DNA of 64,000 bases. Origin: a virus. Lineage: Duplodnaviria; Heunggongvirae; Uroviricota; Caudoviricetes. The notes beneath the pieces are model-generated. The model saw nothing but the letters and a program-made list of their open reading frames with translations, had not been told where the DNA came from and searched no databases. Below, in pieces: positions 17,331 through 26,316 of this stretch. The DNA is taken from IMG/VR virus record IMGVR_UViG_3300034355_001008. One strand, 5' to 3'. The stretch's first letter is position 1, and each line of letters starts with the position of its first letter. The translations under genes were made by a program, and so were the position numbers.

Positions 17331-18112
17331 TGAAAAAATATTTGTATTATCACATTTACCTTACTGATGATACTGGAACTTGGTCTAGTTTATTTATAGA
17401 CCAAGTTTATTTAACTATAAATTCCGGTTTATATGATGAATTGGAAAAAATGTATGTTAATTGTATCGGTTCACCGGAACAAATAAATTTATTTGTTGGA
17501 TTATGTACTCAGTTTAATAAAATTCAAGTATTAAATTGTTGTGAAACTAAATTAAATGATCAACAATTATCTTCTAATTATTTGGATAATCATAATCCTC
17601 ATGACGAAACTATAACAATGAAAGAATTACAGGCTCATGCTAAACGCGAAGATGCTTATTTTCTTTATCTTCATTCTAAAGGAGTTACTGCTACAAGTAG
17701 AATGAAACAAGCAGGCGATTTTAGAAGATATGTTAATTATTATAATTGGAGAAAGTTTTTAGAATGGGGTTGCGTTGAAAACTGGAAACTTTGTATTAAA
17801 GCATTAGAAACACATTCTTGCGCTGGAGTTAATTTGTGCGAATGGCCAACTCCTCATTATTCAGGAACAATTTGGTGGTCTAAATCTTCGCATATAAATA
17901 AACTCCCTGATATAATGGAAAATGATTGGTGGATAAATTTAATTAATTCTACTGATTTACGAACTTGGAATTCTATTAGGCTAAAAGCTGAAATGTGGAT
18001 AGGTTCAGTTTGTAATAGCGATTTCTATACAATAAAAAATGCTCCCTTTATGCCGCCAATTTCAAGTTTAGGTGAAACATACTTTCCTAGATCAATGTAC
18101 GAAAAGGATTAA
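17330..18112 (+). CDS. hypothetical protein in sugar operon (possible transferase)
   Basis: 260-aa ORF in an ATGA overlap with the upstream gene. FLYLHSKGVTAT motif of unknown family. Confidence 0.4.
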   Translation: MKKYLYYHIYLTDDTGTWSSLFIDQVYLTINSGLYDELEKMYVNCIGSPEQINLFVGLCTQFNKIQVLNCCETKLNDQQLSSNYLDNHNPHDETITMKELQAHAKREDAYFLYLHSKGVTATSRMKQAGDFRRYVNYYNWRKFLEWGCVENWKLCIKALETHSCAGVNLCEWPTPHYSGTIWWSKSSHINKLPDIMENDWWINLINSTDLRTWNSIRLKAEMWIGSVCNSDFYTIKNAPFMPPISSLGETYFPRSMYEKD

Positions 18113-18115
18113 ATA

Positions 18116-18865
18116 ATGCCAAAAATATCAATAATTGCCCCCATTCATACTTCTTCTATTAGAGAAGGTTATAGTGAAAGATTTTTAGTAGAATTTTTTG
18201 CTTCATTATCGTATCAACATTTTAAAGATTTCGATATTGTTGTTGCTGACCATAGTGTTGGTGATAATTTAAAAGCTATTTGTGACACTTTTTCTCATGT
18301 ATTAGATATTAAATACTATAAAAACGATTATATGCGAGGTTCTACTGCAGCCAATGTTAATTTTGGTATGAAAAAAGCTACTGGAGAAATATGTAAAATT
18401 TTATTTATGGATGATTTTTTTGTTGAACAAACTGGGTTGCAGGAAACTTGGGATGCGTTTCAAGCAAATCCAGATAAAAAGTGGTTGATTGCTGGCTTTG
18501 TTAATTGTAATGAAGATAGAACTGAATTTTTTAATGCTAGGCTACCTAGATTTGATAATGCATATGTTAACGGAGATAATTCAACGGGAAATCCTTCTAC
18601 TTATGCAGTTCGTAGAGAATTTGCTATTGATATGGATGAAAATTTACGATTCGTAGTTGATGGAGAATACTTTGTTAGATCGTACTGGCATTATGGTCCT
18701 CCAATTATGATTGAAAAAGTTGTTCATTGTTTTAGATATCACGAAGATGCTAATTATTTAAAACCTGAATTACAAGCTCTTGAAACAGAAGAACGTCAAT
18801 ATTCAGTAGAAAAATTTAGAAAAATGGATGAGGAAAGAGCTAATGCGAATCGCGTTCCACAGTAA
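18116..18865 (+). CDS. glycosyltransferase family 2-like
   Basis: ISIIAPIHTSS…DIVVADHS…LFMDDFF gives a GT-A-like layout. Confidence 0.5.
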   Translation: MPKISIIAPIHTSSIREGYSERFLVEFFASLSYQHFKDFDIVVADHSVGDNLKAICDTFSHVLDIKYYKNDYMRGSTAANVNFGMKKATGEICKILFMDDFFVEQTGLQETWDAFQANPDKKWLIAGFVNCNEDRTEFFNARLPRFDNAYVNGDNSTGNPSTYAVRREFAIDMDENLRFVVDGEYFVRSYWHYGPPIMIEKVVHCFRYHEDANYLKPELQALETEERQYSVEKFRKMDEERANANRVPQ

Positions 18866-19832
18866 TCAATTAGGTGAAAGAGGTACTGAAATTTGTCTCT
18901 ACAAATATGCAAAATATAATAGAGAAATTTTGGGTAATGAATCTATTATTATTTCCTCTGGATTAAAACCAACTCCATCTTTAAATCGATTTAAAGATTT
19001 TTCAACAATCTTATATGAAGAAGAATATAGAGATGGAGCTAAAAATAATAATGTTAGAACTGCTATAGAAAAAATTTGCGATAAGCAAAAGATTGATGCG
19101 TTCTATGCAATTAAAGCTGGAGAAAATGATGGTATAATGCCTACTAATGCTAAATCGTTGGCTCATTGTGTGTTTAGAATGCACGATCCTCATGCTGACG
19201 TTTATTCTGGGGTATGTAAATATATTTCAGAAAAATTTGGAGCAACTCATCCTTATGTTCATCATATTCTAGAAAAAGAAGCTTCAGATATGCATGATAC
19301 ATTTAGAGAAGAATTGGGTATCCCTAAAGATGCATTAGTTCTTGGGCGTCATGGTGGTAGAGAAACTTTTAACCTACAATTTGTTTATCCTGCAATTAAA
19401 AAAGCGTTAGAGGATCGTAAAGACCTCTGGTTCGTCTTTTTAAATACAGATAAGTTTATTGATCACGAACGAGTTATTCATCTTCCATGGACGATGGACG
19501 AGCAAGTAAAAGCGAAGTTTGTTAATACTTGTGATGCTATGATGCATGCAAGAGCTGATGGGGAAATATTTAGTTTATCTGTAGCTGAATTTACTATTAG
19601 AAATAAACCTGTTATTTCTTGGTTACCAAAAGAAATACCGCATTTTTATGATTATGGTCATATTTACTTAATGCAAAATAAAGCAATTTATTATGATACT
19701 GCCCAAGATCTATATAATATATTATGTTTCTTTGATAGAAATGAGATAGCTAAAATAGATTGGGATGGTTATACTGCTAATTATACTCCAGAAATCGTAA
19801 TGCAAGAATTTAAGGATGTTTATTTAACATGA
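18828..19832 (+). CDS. glycosyltransferase, GT-B fold (GT1/GT4-like C-terminal half)
   Basis: C-terminal LVLGRHGGRETFN…VFLNTDKF…CDAMMHARADGEIFSLSVAEF resembles the Rossmann donor-binding half of GT4 enzymes. Confidence 0.4.
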   Translation: MRKELMRIAFHSNQLGERGTEICLYKYAKYNREILGNESIIISSGLKPTPSLNRFKDFSTILYEEEYRDGAKNNNVRTAIEKICDKQKIDAFYAIKAGENDGIMPTNAKSLAHCVFRMHDPHADVYSGVCKYISEKFGATHPYVHHILEKEASDMHDTFREELGIPKDALVLGRHGGRETFNLQFVYPAIKKALEDRKDLWFVFLNTDKFIDHERVIHLPWTMDEQVKAKFVNTCDAMMHARADGEIFSLSVAEFTIRNKPVISWLPKEIPHFYDYGHIYLMQNKAIYYDTAQDLYNILCFFDRNEIAKIDWDGYTANYTPEIVMQEFKDVYLT

Positions 19833-20776
19833 TAGTAACGAATTGTCCATTAAGGGTTTCTTTATTCGGGGGTTCTACTGATAATCCTCTTTTTATTGAG
19901 AGATATGGATATGGCTCAGTAATAAGTTTTACTTGTGATTTAAAAACCTATGTTACAATTCATGAAGATAAAGTTGGTTATAACAAACATTTACATAAAT
20001 ATGTTCTTAATTATTCTATTAGAGAAGAAGAATCTTTTGCTAAAGATATAAAAAATGAAGTTGTTAGAGTTGTATTAGAATATTTTAATATAGATCCTCT
20101 AACAATTTCATTAACCAGCGATGTTTACTCACAAGGGAGTGGATTGGCATCTTCGTCAGCTTATATTATTTCTTTAATTAAAGCGATATCTATTAAAAAT
20201 GAATTACATTTAACTGATACTGAAATTTGTTTAATTGCTCTTGAATTAGAACAAAAGTTTAATCCGCATTGTGGATTACAAGATCCATTTGGTTGCGGGG
20301 TTGGCGGATTTAAGCGTATTGAATTTGAGAGAAATAATAAGGTTAGATATACATTCCTCCCAACAAAAATATTTGATATTTATGATATGCATTTAGTTTT
20401 TACAGGGGTTAATCGAAATTCAAAAAACGTATTAAAAGATGTTACTAATAATATAGAAAAATCTCGTGGACTAATTCAAATTGTTGAGTTGGCTCAACAA
20501 GCATTATATAATGAAGAATATGAGTTATTTTTGCAATATGTTTCTGATAGCTGGAAACTTAAAAAGGAAACAAGTAATTTAATTACCGAGAATGTAACTG
20601 TAGCTGAAATCGATCAAATATTATTAGATAACCCGACAGTATTAGCTCATAAATTATGCGGTGCAGGAAATGGCGGATTTTATCTTGTATTTTCAAAGAA
20701 AAACTGCTTGACTTTATCGTTACCTTATATTAAAATAAATGTAAGTTCATCAGGTGTAGAAGGTATAAAAATATGA
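19829..20776 (+). CDS. GHMP-family sugar kinase (D-glycero-D-manno-heptose 7-phosphate kinase HddA-like)
   Basis: PLRVSLFGGSTD and SSGLASSSA GHMP motifs. 315 aa. Confidence 0.7.
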   Translation: MIVTNCPLRVSLFGGSTDNPLFIERYGYGSVISFTCDLKTYVTIHEDKVGYNKHLHKYVLNYSIREEESFAKDIKNEVVRVVLEYFNIDPLTISLTSDVYSQGSGLASSSAYIISLIKAISIKNELHLTDTEICLIALELEQKFNPHCGLQDPFGCGVGGFKRIEFERNNKVRYTFLPTKIFDIYDMHLVFTGVNRNSKNVLKDVTNNIEKSRGLIQIVELAQQALYNEEYELFLQYVSDSWKLKKETSNLITENVTVAEIDQILLDNPTVLAHKLCGAGNGGFYLVFSKKNCLTLSLPYIKINVSSSGVEGIKI

Positions 20777-21288
20777 GTTTAATAAAAGATTGTATAGATA
20801 TTTTATCTAAAATGGAAGATTCCGAAGAATACAATAAATTTAAAAGCGTTTTTAAGCAAAACAATAAATTTATTATTATCGGTAATGGAGGAAGCAATTC
20901 AGTTGCTTCTCATATCTCGCAAGATTATGTTAAAAAGTGTCATAAACATTCTTTAACGTTTTCCGATCCATCTATGTTAACGTGTTTTATTAACGATTAC
21001 GGTATGGAAAATGCGTATTTAGAATTTGTAAAAGCATACAGAACTTATGATACATTTATTATTTTAATAAGTTCTTCTGGCGAATCAGAAAATATATTAA
21101 AGGTAATTAAATATTGCGAAGCAAATGATTACCCTTATGGAATATTAACTGGATTTGCAAAAAGTAACAGTGCTAGAGTTTTGGGTCGTTTAGGTCGTAA
21201 TGCCAAATTTGATTATCACGTTAATAGTAAAGATTATGGCGTAGTTGAGTGCGTACACCAAATATTTTTGCATGGAGTTGTTGAATGA
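20773..21288 (+). CDS. SIS-domain sugar-phosphate isomerase (phosphoheptose isomerase GmhA-like)
   Basis: FIIIGNGGSNSVASHISQD…DTFIILISSSGESENIL SIS motifs. 171 aa. Confidence 0.65.
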   Translation: MSLIKDCIDILSKMEDSEEYNKFKSVFKQNNKFIIIGNGGSNSVASHISQDYVKKCHKHSLTFSDPSMLTCFINDYGMENAYLEFVKAYRTYDTFIILISSSGESENILKVIKYCEANDYPYGILTGFAKSNSARVLGRLGRNAKFDYHVNSKDYGVVECVHQIFLHGVVE

Positions 21289-22013
21289 TTTATTGTTTTG
21301 ATTTAGACGGAACGATTTGTTCCTCTGTTGAAAATAGCGAATATTATAATTCTATTCCAGATAAAACTGTAGTTAATGAGATTAACCGTTTATATGATTC
21401 TGGCCATGAAATTATTATTATGACTGCAAGAGGTTGCGTTAGTGGAATTGATCATTATGATTTAACTGAAGACCAATTAAGAAAATGGGGTATAAAACAT
21501 CATAAATTGCTTATGGGTATTAAACCTCATGCTCATATTTTTATTGATGATAAAGGGGTTTCCATTGATGATTGGAAAAACTCAATTCCAAATAAATTTG
21601 GAGTATTAGCTGGAGCGTTTGATATTATTCATCCTGGATATGTTAGAATGTTTAAAGAAGCTAAATTACATTGCACTAATTTAACAGTATTATTAAATAT
21701 TTCTCCAGCAAATAAAATTACCCCAGTACAAACAGTAGAAGAACGTATTGAAATATTATCTGCAATTAGATATATTGATAATGTTATCTGTTATTCTACA
21801 GAAGAAGAATTGTATAATTTACTAGAGATAAATAATTTTGACATTCGTTTTTTGGGTTCTGATTATAAAGATAAAAGTTTCACTGGTAAAGATTTAGAAT
21901 TACCTGTTTATTTTATAGAACGCGATCATAGTTATTCTGCTACTGCATTGAAACAAAAAATATTTGATTCAATAAATTTATATTTTAAACAAACAATAAA
22001 TGGTGATGTATGA
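21285..22013 (+). CDS. bifunctional HAD-like phosphatase / HIGH-motif sugar-phosphate nucleotidyltransferase (GmhB-like + RfaE-domain-II-like)
   Basis: N-terminus MIYCFDLDGTIC is a HAD motif I. C-terminal GAFDIIHPGYVRMF is a cytidylyltransferase-like (H/T)xGH motif, as in HldE domain II. Confidence 0.55.
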   Translation: MIYCFDLDGTICSSVENSEYYNSIPDKTVVNEINRLYDSGHEIIIMTARGCVSGIDHYDLTEDQLRKWGIKHHKLLMGIKPHAHIFIDDKGVSIDDWKNSIPNKFGVLAGAFDIIHPGYVRMFKEAKLHCTNLTVLLNISPANKITPVQTVEERIEILSAIRYIDNVICYSTEEELYNLLEINNFDIRFLGSDYKDKSFTGKDLELPVYFIERDHSYSATALKQKIFDSINLYFKQTINGDV

Positions 22014-22915
22014 AAGTATTGGTTACTGGTGGTTGCGGGTTTATTGGAAGTCATTTAATTGATTTGTTAGTTGATTCTGGTTATACTGTTGTTAATGTTG
22101 ATGATTTATCAGCAGATAATGATCAATTTTATTTTAATGAGAATATTAAAAATTATCATTTTGATATTTGTAATACTAAGCAATTAATATCAGTTAGTAG
22201 AGGGTGTGAATTTATATTTCATTTAGCAGCAGAATCGCGATTAGGTGCTTCTATTGCTAATCCAAGAAAAGCAATTGATTCTAACATTAAAGGCGTTGTT
22301 TCGGTATTAGAAGCAGCAAAAGCAAATAAGATTAAAGGTATTGTTTTCTCTTCAACATCTTCAATATATGGATTAAATACAAATTTTCCGCTAAAAGAAA
22401 CTGAGCGAGAAGATTGTTTAAATGCGTATGCATCAACTAAGTATGCAGCAGAATTATTTTTGAGAAACTATTATGAAATCTACGGAATTAAATCAGTTAT
22501 TCTTCGTTATTTTAATGTTTATGGTGAACGTTCTCCCAAATCTGGTCAATATGCGCTAGTATTAGGTATCTTTGAAAAATTATTAAAAGATGGTAAACCA
22601 TTAACAGTTACTGGTGATGGAACCCAAGAGCGAGATTTTATACATGTAAAAGATATTGCTCAGGCTAATATACGATGTATTGATAATTTTGATACAAATC
22701 CAGATATGTGGAAAGCTCAAGTATTTAATATTGGATATGGAGAAACAAAAACTATTAATGAAATTGCTAATACTCTATCAGATAGTATTGTTTATATTAA
22801 AAAACCAGCTGGCGAAGCATTAAATAATTTATCAGATAATACTAAATTTAAATTAGCAACAAATTGGGTTCCAACTATAAATGTGATTGACTGGATTAAA
22901 GAAAAACTATTATAA
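22010..22915 (+). CDS. NAD-dependent nucleotide-sugar epimerase (SDR; HldD/GalE-like)
   Basis: VLVTGGCGFIGSHL and YASTKYAAE (YxxxK). 301 aa. Confidence 0.7.
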   Translation: MKVLVTGGCGFIGSHLIDLLVDSGYTVVNVDDLSADNDQFYFNENIKNYHFDICNTKQLISVSRGCEFIFHLAAESRLGASIANPRKAIDSNIKGVVSVLEAAKANKIKGIVFSSTSSIYGLNTNFPLKETEREDCLNAYASTKYAAELFLRNYYEIYGIKSVILRYFNVYGERSPKSGQYALVLGIFEKLLKDGKPLTVTGDGTQERDFIHVKDIAQANIRCIDNFDTNPDMWKAQVFNIGYGETKTINEIANTLSDSIVYIKKPAGEALNNLSDNTKFKLATNWVPTINVIDWIKEKLL

Positions 22916-22923
22916 TATAAATA
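22916..22923 (+). promoter_or_regulatory. T4 late-promoter-like TATAAATA (overlapping a TATAAT)
   Basis: Exact TATAAATA 38 nt upstream of the ligase-like gene. Confidence 0.3.
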
Positions 22924-22960
22924 GTTAATTATATTATATACATTAAGCCAGAGAGGTTAT

Positions 22961-24133
22961 ATGCTAAGTTTTAAAGATTTTCTTGTTGAGAACGAGGAAG
23001 AAGGTGCTAAATTAAAGCACATTAAACATCCAGAAGATAGAGTTTTTGAAGGTTCAAATGGATATGCTCATGCTAAAGGTGCATTGCATCATGCTCATGA
23101 TGCAATTAAATCTGGAGAACATAGCACTAACCTTACTATGAAATACGATGGATCTCCTTCCATCGTATATGGTCATCATCCAGAGAATGGTAAATTCTTT
23201 GTAGCCAGTAAATCTGCATTTAATAAAAATCCAAAAATAAATTATACTCACGAAGATATTGAGCAAAACCATGGCCATGCTCCTGGATTAGTTGAGAAGT
23301 TAAAAGATTCGTTGGATCATTTACATAAAATTACTCCAAAAAAGGGTGTATATCAAGGCGATTTAATGTTTAGTGGAGATGATAAGAAACATAATGATAA
23401 TGGATCCGTATCATTTACTCCAAATACAATTAAATATACTGCTCACGGCGAAGAAGCAGATAAAGTTAAAAAAGCAAAATTAGGTGTTGTTACTCATACA
23501 CAGTATCATGGAAATACCTTATCTTCTATGAAAGCTGATCCTCATCCAGATTTACATAATTTTAAATCTCATTCAGATGTTTGGAGTAAAACTCCAGAAC
23601 ACGATACCAAAAACGTTCATTATAGCGAAGCTGATCAAGCTAAATTTCAAAAACATATGGATGCTGCTGATAAAATTCATAAAACGCATAAAGATACTAT
23701 GTATGATGCTACAGCTCCTCATGGTGGTGACAGCGGTCATTTAGCAACATATATTAATCATACGGTTAGAACTGGCGAAAAACCTTCTGCAGATGGATTG
23801 CAGAATCATATAGTAGGTAAATATGAAAAACAAATTGATAAGTTAAAAAGTGATGCAGGTAAAGCTAGAAAACATACTGAACTGACTAGTCATCTATCTC
23901 ATATTGCTGGTAATTCTGATCATTATAATCGTTTATTAAAAATGCATGGCCATTTACAGTCGGCTAAAAATATTTTAACCAAAACATTAAATCAACATGA
24001 AGGTGGATTAGAACACCATATTGGTGACAAAAGAACAAATCCGGAAGGATTTGTTATTCATCATAATGGAGAACCAACTAAACTTGTTAATAGAGAAGAA
24101 TTTTCTAAAGCTAATTTGTTAAAGGTACGTTAA
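22961..24133 (+). CDS. ATP-dependent polynucleotide ligase-like nucleotidyltransferase (Rnl2/RNA-ligase-like), His-rich
   Basis: Motif I LTMKYDGSPS (KxDG), motif III-like VYQGDLMFSG, motif V-like NTIKYTAHG. Unusually His-rich throughout its 390 aa. Confidence 0.45.
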   Translation: MLSFKDFLVENEEEGAKLKHIKHPEDRVFEGSNGYAHAKGALHHAHDAIKSGEHSTNLTMKYDGSPSIVYGHHPENGKFFVASKSAFNKNPKINYTHEDIEQNHGHAPGLVEKLKDSLDHLHKITPKKGVYQGDLMFSGDDKKHNDNGSVSFTPNTIKYTAHGEEADKVKKAKLGVVTHTQYHGNTLSSMKADPHPDLHNFKSHSDVWSKTPEHDTKNVHYSEADQAKFQKHMDAADKIHKTHKDTMYDATAPHGGDSGHLATYINHTVRTGEKPSADGLQNHIVGKYEKQIDKLKSDAGKARKHTELTSHLSHIAGNSDHYNRLLKMHGHLQSAKNILTKTLNQHEGGLEHHIGDKRTNPEGFVIHHNGEPTKLVNREEFSKANLLKVR

Positions 24134-24756
24134 TGAGCACTAAAAATCCTGTTGTTACTGCTTTTGGTAGAATGAATCCACCTACAACTGGGCACTTACA
24201 GTTAATTAATGCTGTTCGTTCTACTGCAGAAAAAGAAAATGCTGATCATGATATTATCGCTTCAGGTAGTCATGATCCAAAGAAAAATCCATTAACTTCA
24301 GAACACAAATTAAAACATTTATCTAGATATTCTCCTGGAACTAATTTTTCTGTAGCTGATTCTAAATCTCCAACATTATTACATCATTTATCTAAATTAC
24401 ACGATAAAGGTCATGATCATTTAATTTATGTTGCGGGTTCGGATCGCACAAAAGATATGGAAGAATTAATACATAAATATAATGGAGTGCCATCTAAACA
24501 TGGATATTATAATTTTAAAAAGATAGAAGTGCGTTCAGCTGGTCATAGAGATCCAAATGCAGAAGGAACTGCTGGTATGTCTGGAACTAAAATGCGAGAA
24601 TTTGCTAAAAACAATGATTTTCATTCATTTAGACAAGGAGTTCCATCTCACGTTTCAGATGATCATGCAAAAGAATTGATGAGTGATGTTAAATCTGGTA
24701 TGAATGTTCATGAATCATATATTCGTGGATTTTTAAACAAAATAAGACTATTTTAA
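24133..24756 (+). CDS. HIGH-motif nucleotidyltransferase (NMN/NaMN adenylyltransferase- or cytidylyltransferase-like)
   Basis: TAFGRMNPPTTGHLQLI resembles GRFQPxHxGH of NMNAT/PPAT-class enzymes. 207 aa. Confidence 0.45.
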   Translation: MSTKNPVVTAFGRMNPPTTGHLQLINAVRSTAEKENADHDIIASGSHDPKKNPLTSEHKLKHLSRYSPGTNFSVADSKSPTLLHHLSKLHDKGHDHLIYVAGSDRTKDMEELIHKYNGVPSKHGYYNFKKIEVRSAGHRDPNAEGTAGMSGTKMREFAKNNDFHSFRQGVPSHVSDDHAKELMSDVKSGMNVHESYIRGFLNKIRLF

Positions 24757-24757
24757 A

Positions 24758-25570
24758 ATGCAAAATAAACAAGCAATTTTTATTATCGGATCTCCTGGAT
24801 CCGGAAAGGATGTCGTAATTAGAGATATTGCATCTAATTACGGTATTGTAGAATTTACGTCAACTCAAATTGATGAGATGTTATATAATGACGCAGTATT
24901 TAAACGAGCTAAATCGGAAAAACAAGATTCTCTTTTAGAAAGATATTCTATACTCGTTACTGGAAATTCATTTGATTTAGGGTTTGTTATAACTAAAGAT
25001 ATATTAGAAGCAATTGGTTATACAACGCATTTAATTGTTGTTGAGGCTGATTTAGGAATTGCTGTTGAAAGATTAAAAGATAGAAAAAATTTAAAAGAAT
25101 CATTGGATAGAATTAGTGTTGGAAATGCAAATAGACAAGCAATTATTAGTTTATTTAACTCTTATATTACTGTGGATAATTCAAAATCATTGGATTTAAC
25201 TGAATCAAGAGAATTTATTTATGATATTTTAGAAGATTTAACATTTAAATCCGATTTGCGTTTAGAAGAAATTGTAAAAATTAATTTGAAGAAAAAGGTT
25301 AATAAAATTGTTCCATTAAAACTTCCTGCAGATACTTCTGATACGAGAAGTATGACTCCAGGGACGTGGTCTGTTTATAATGGAGTTGCTGAATCAGTTG
25401 AATCACCTAATTATGATATTTCCCCTATAGCTACCGGTCCTATGCAAAGTACCGCATCTTCAACAGTTAGTATGCAATCTGATCAAGATAAAGAAAATAC
25501 CAGAAAAGTGTTGAATAAAATTAAAAAAATAAATTTCAGAAAGGTAATCCCAAATGCCATCGAAAAATAA
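24758..25570 (+). CDS. P-loop kinase-like protein (polynucleotide kinase / zeta-toxin-like)
   Basis: N-terminal Walker A FIIGSPGSGKDVV (compare T4 Pnk GCPGSGKST). No HAD phosphatase domain seen. Confidence 0.45.
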   Translation: MQNKQAIFIIGSPGSGKDVVIRDIASNYGIVEFTSTQIDEMLYNDAVFKRAKSEKQDSLLERYSILVTGNSFDLGFVITKDILEAIGYTTHLIVVEADLGIAVERLKDRKNLKESLDRISVGNANRQAIISLFNSYITVDNSKSLDLTESREFIYDILEDLTFKSDLRLEEIVKINLKKKVNKIVPLKLPADTSDTRSMTPGTWSVYNGVAESVESPNYDISPIATGPMQSTASSTVSMQSDQDKENTRKVLNKIKKINFRKVIPNAIEK

Positions 25571-26303
25571 ACATAGTTCAAGTAGGTTTACTTCACTAAA
25601 AGGGGCATTTTCATCTACTCATCCATCGAAACATTTTCATGGAAAAGAAGCAAAACCTAGTGTAATTACTCCAGATTATTCTGATACATCAACCCCGCAG
25701 CTAGTTGCACATTCATCAGGAAAAAATTCGCCATTTTCATTATCATTCAAAGATAGATTAGTAATGAAATATCATGAAGAGTTTTGTGGATTAACTGAGG
25801 ATACAGATACTTCTGTTAGACAATATAAAAATCCAGAAACTGCTCGTTTTGCTAAAGCTGGTATTCATTTGCATTCAAGATATACAAATCCAAAAATTGC
25901 ACAATTAACTAATAAATTTAATAATCGCGAAAAAAAGGTAACTAAATCTGATAGCGAAATTAAAGCAGATACTATTTTAATGAATACTATGAATAGGGAA
26001 CATGAAAAAAATTATCAAAATAAATTTCATCATGAATATAAACCTCCGGAACGCGCAGTTCATTCAAAACCTCCTGTTAACACGCAACATTTGACTCATA
26101 CTGAACCTCATGTAGTTCCGCCAAGTCATCCTGTTCCGCATGCTCCTGTTCCACATATTCCAAATCATCCGCAACATCAAAGTAATCCTGCTATGCATGA
26201 TCCGCATATTATTGGACAAAAACAAGATTCTTTTGTTGTAAAACATACGCCGAAATTTAACCCGCCGGCTAAATTTCACCCAATTAAAAACAACAATAAA
26301 TAA
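25554..26303 (+). CDS. hypothetical His/Pro-rich protein
   Basis: C-terminal HVVPPSHPVPHAPVPHIPNHPQHQSNPAMHDPH low-complexity region. Confidence 0.4.
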   Translation: MPSKNKHSSSRFTSLKGAFSSTHPSKHFHGKEAKPSVITPDYSDTSTPQLVAHSSGKNSPFSLSFKDRLVMKYHEEFCGLTEDTDTSVRQYKNPETARFAKAGIHLHSRYTNPKIAQLTNKFNNREKKVTKSDSEIKADTILMNTMNREHEKNYQNKFHHEYKPPERAVHSKPPVNTQHLTHTEPHVVPPSHPVPHAPVPHIPNHPQHQSNPAMHDPHIIGQKQDSFVVKHTPKFNPPAKFHPIKNNNK

Positions 26304-26316
26304 TAGGAGAAGTTAA

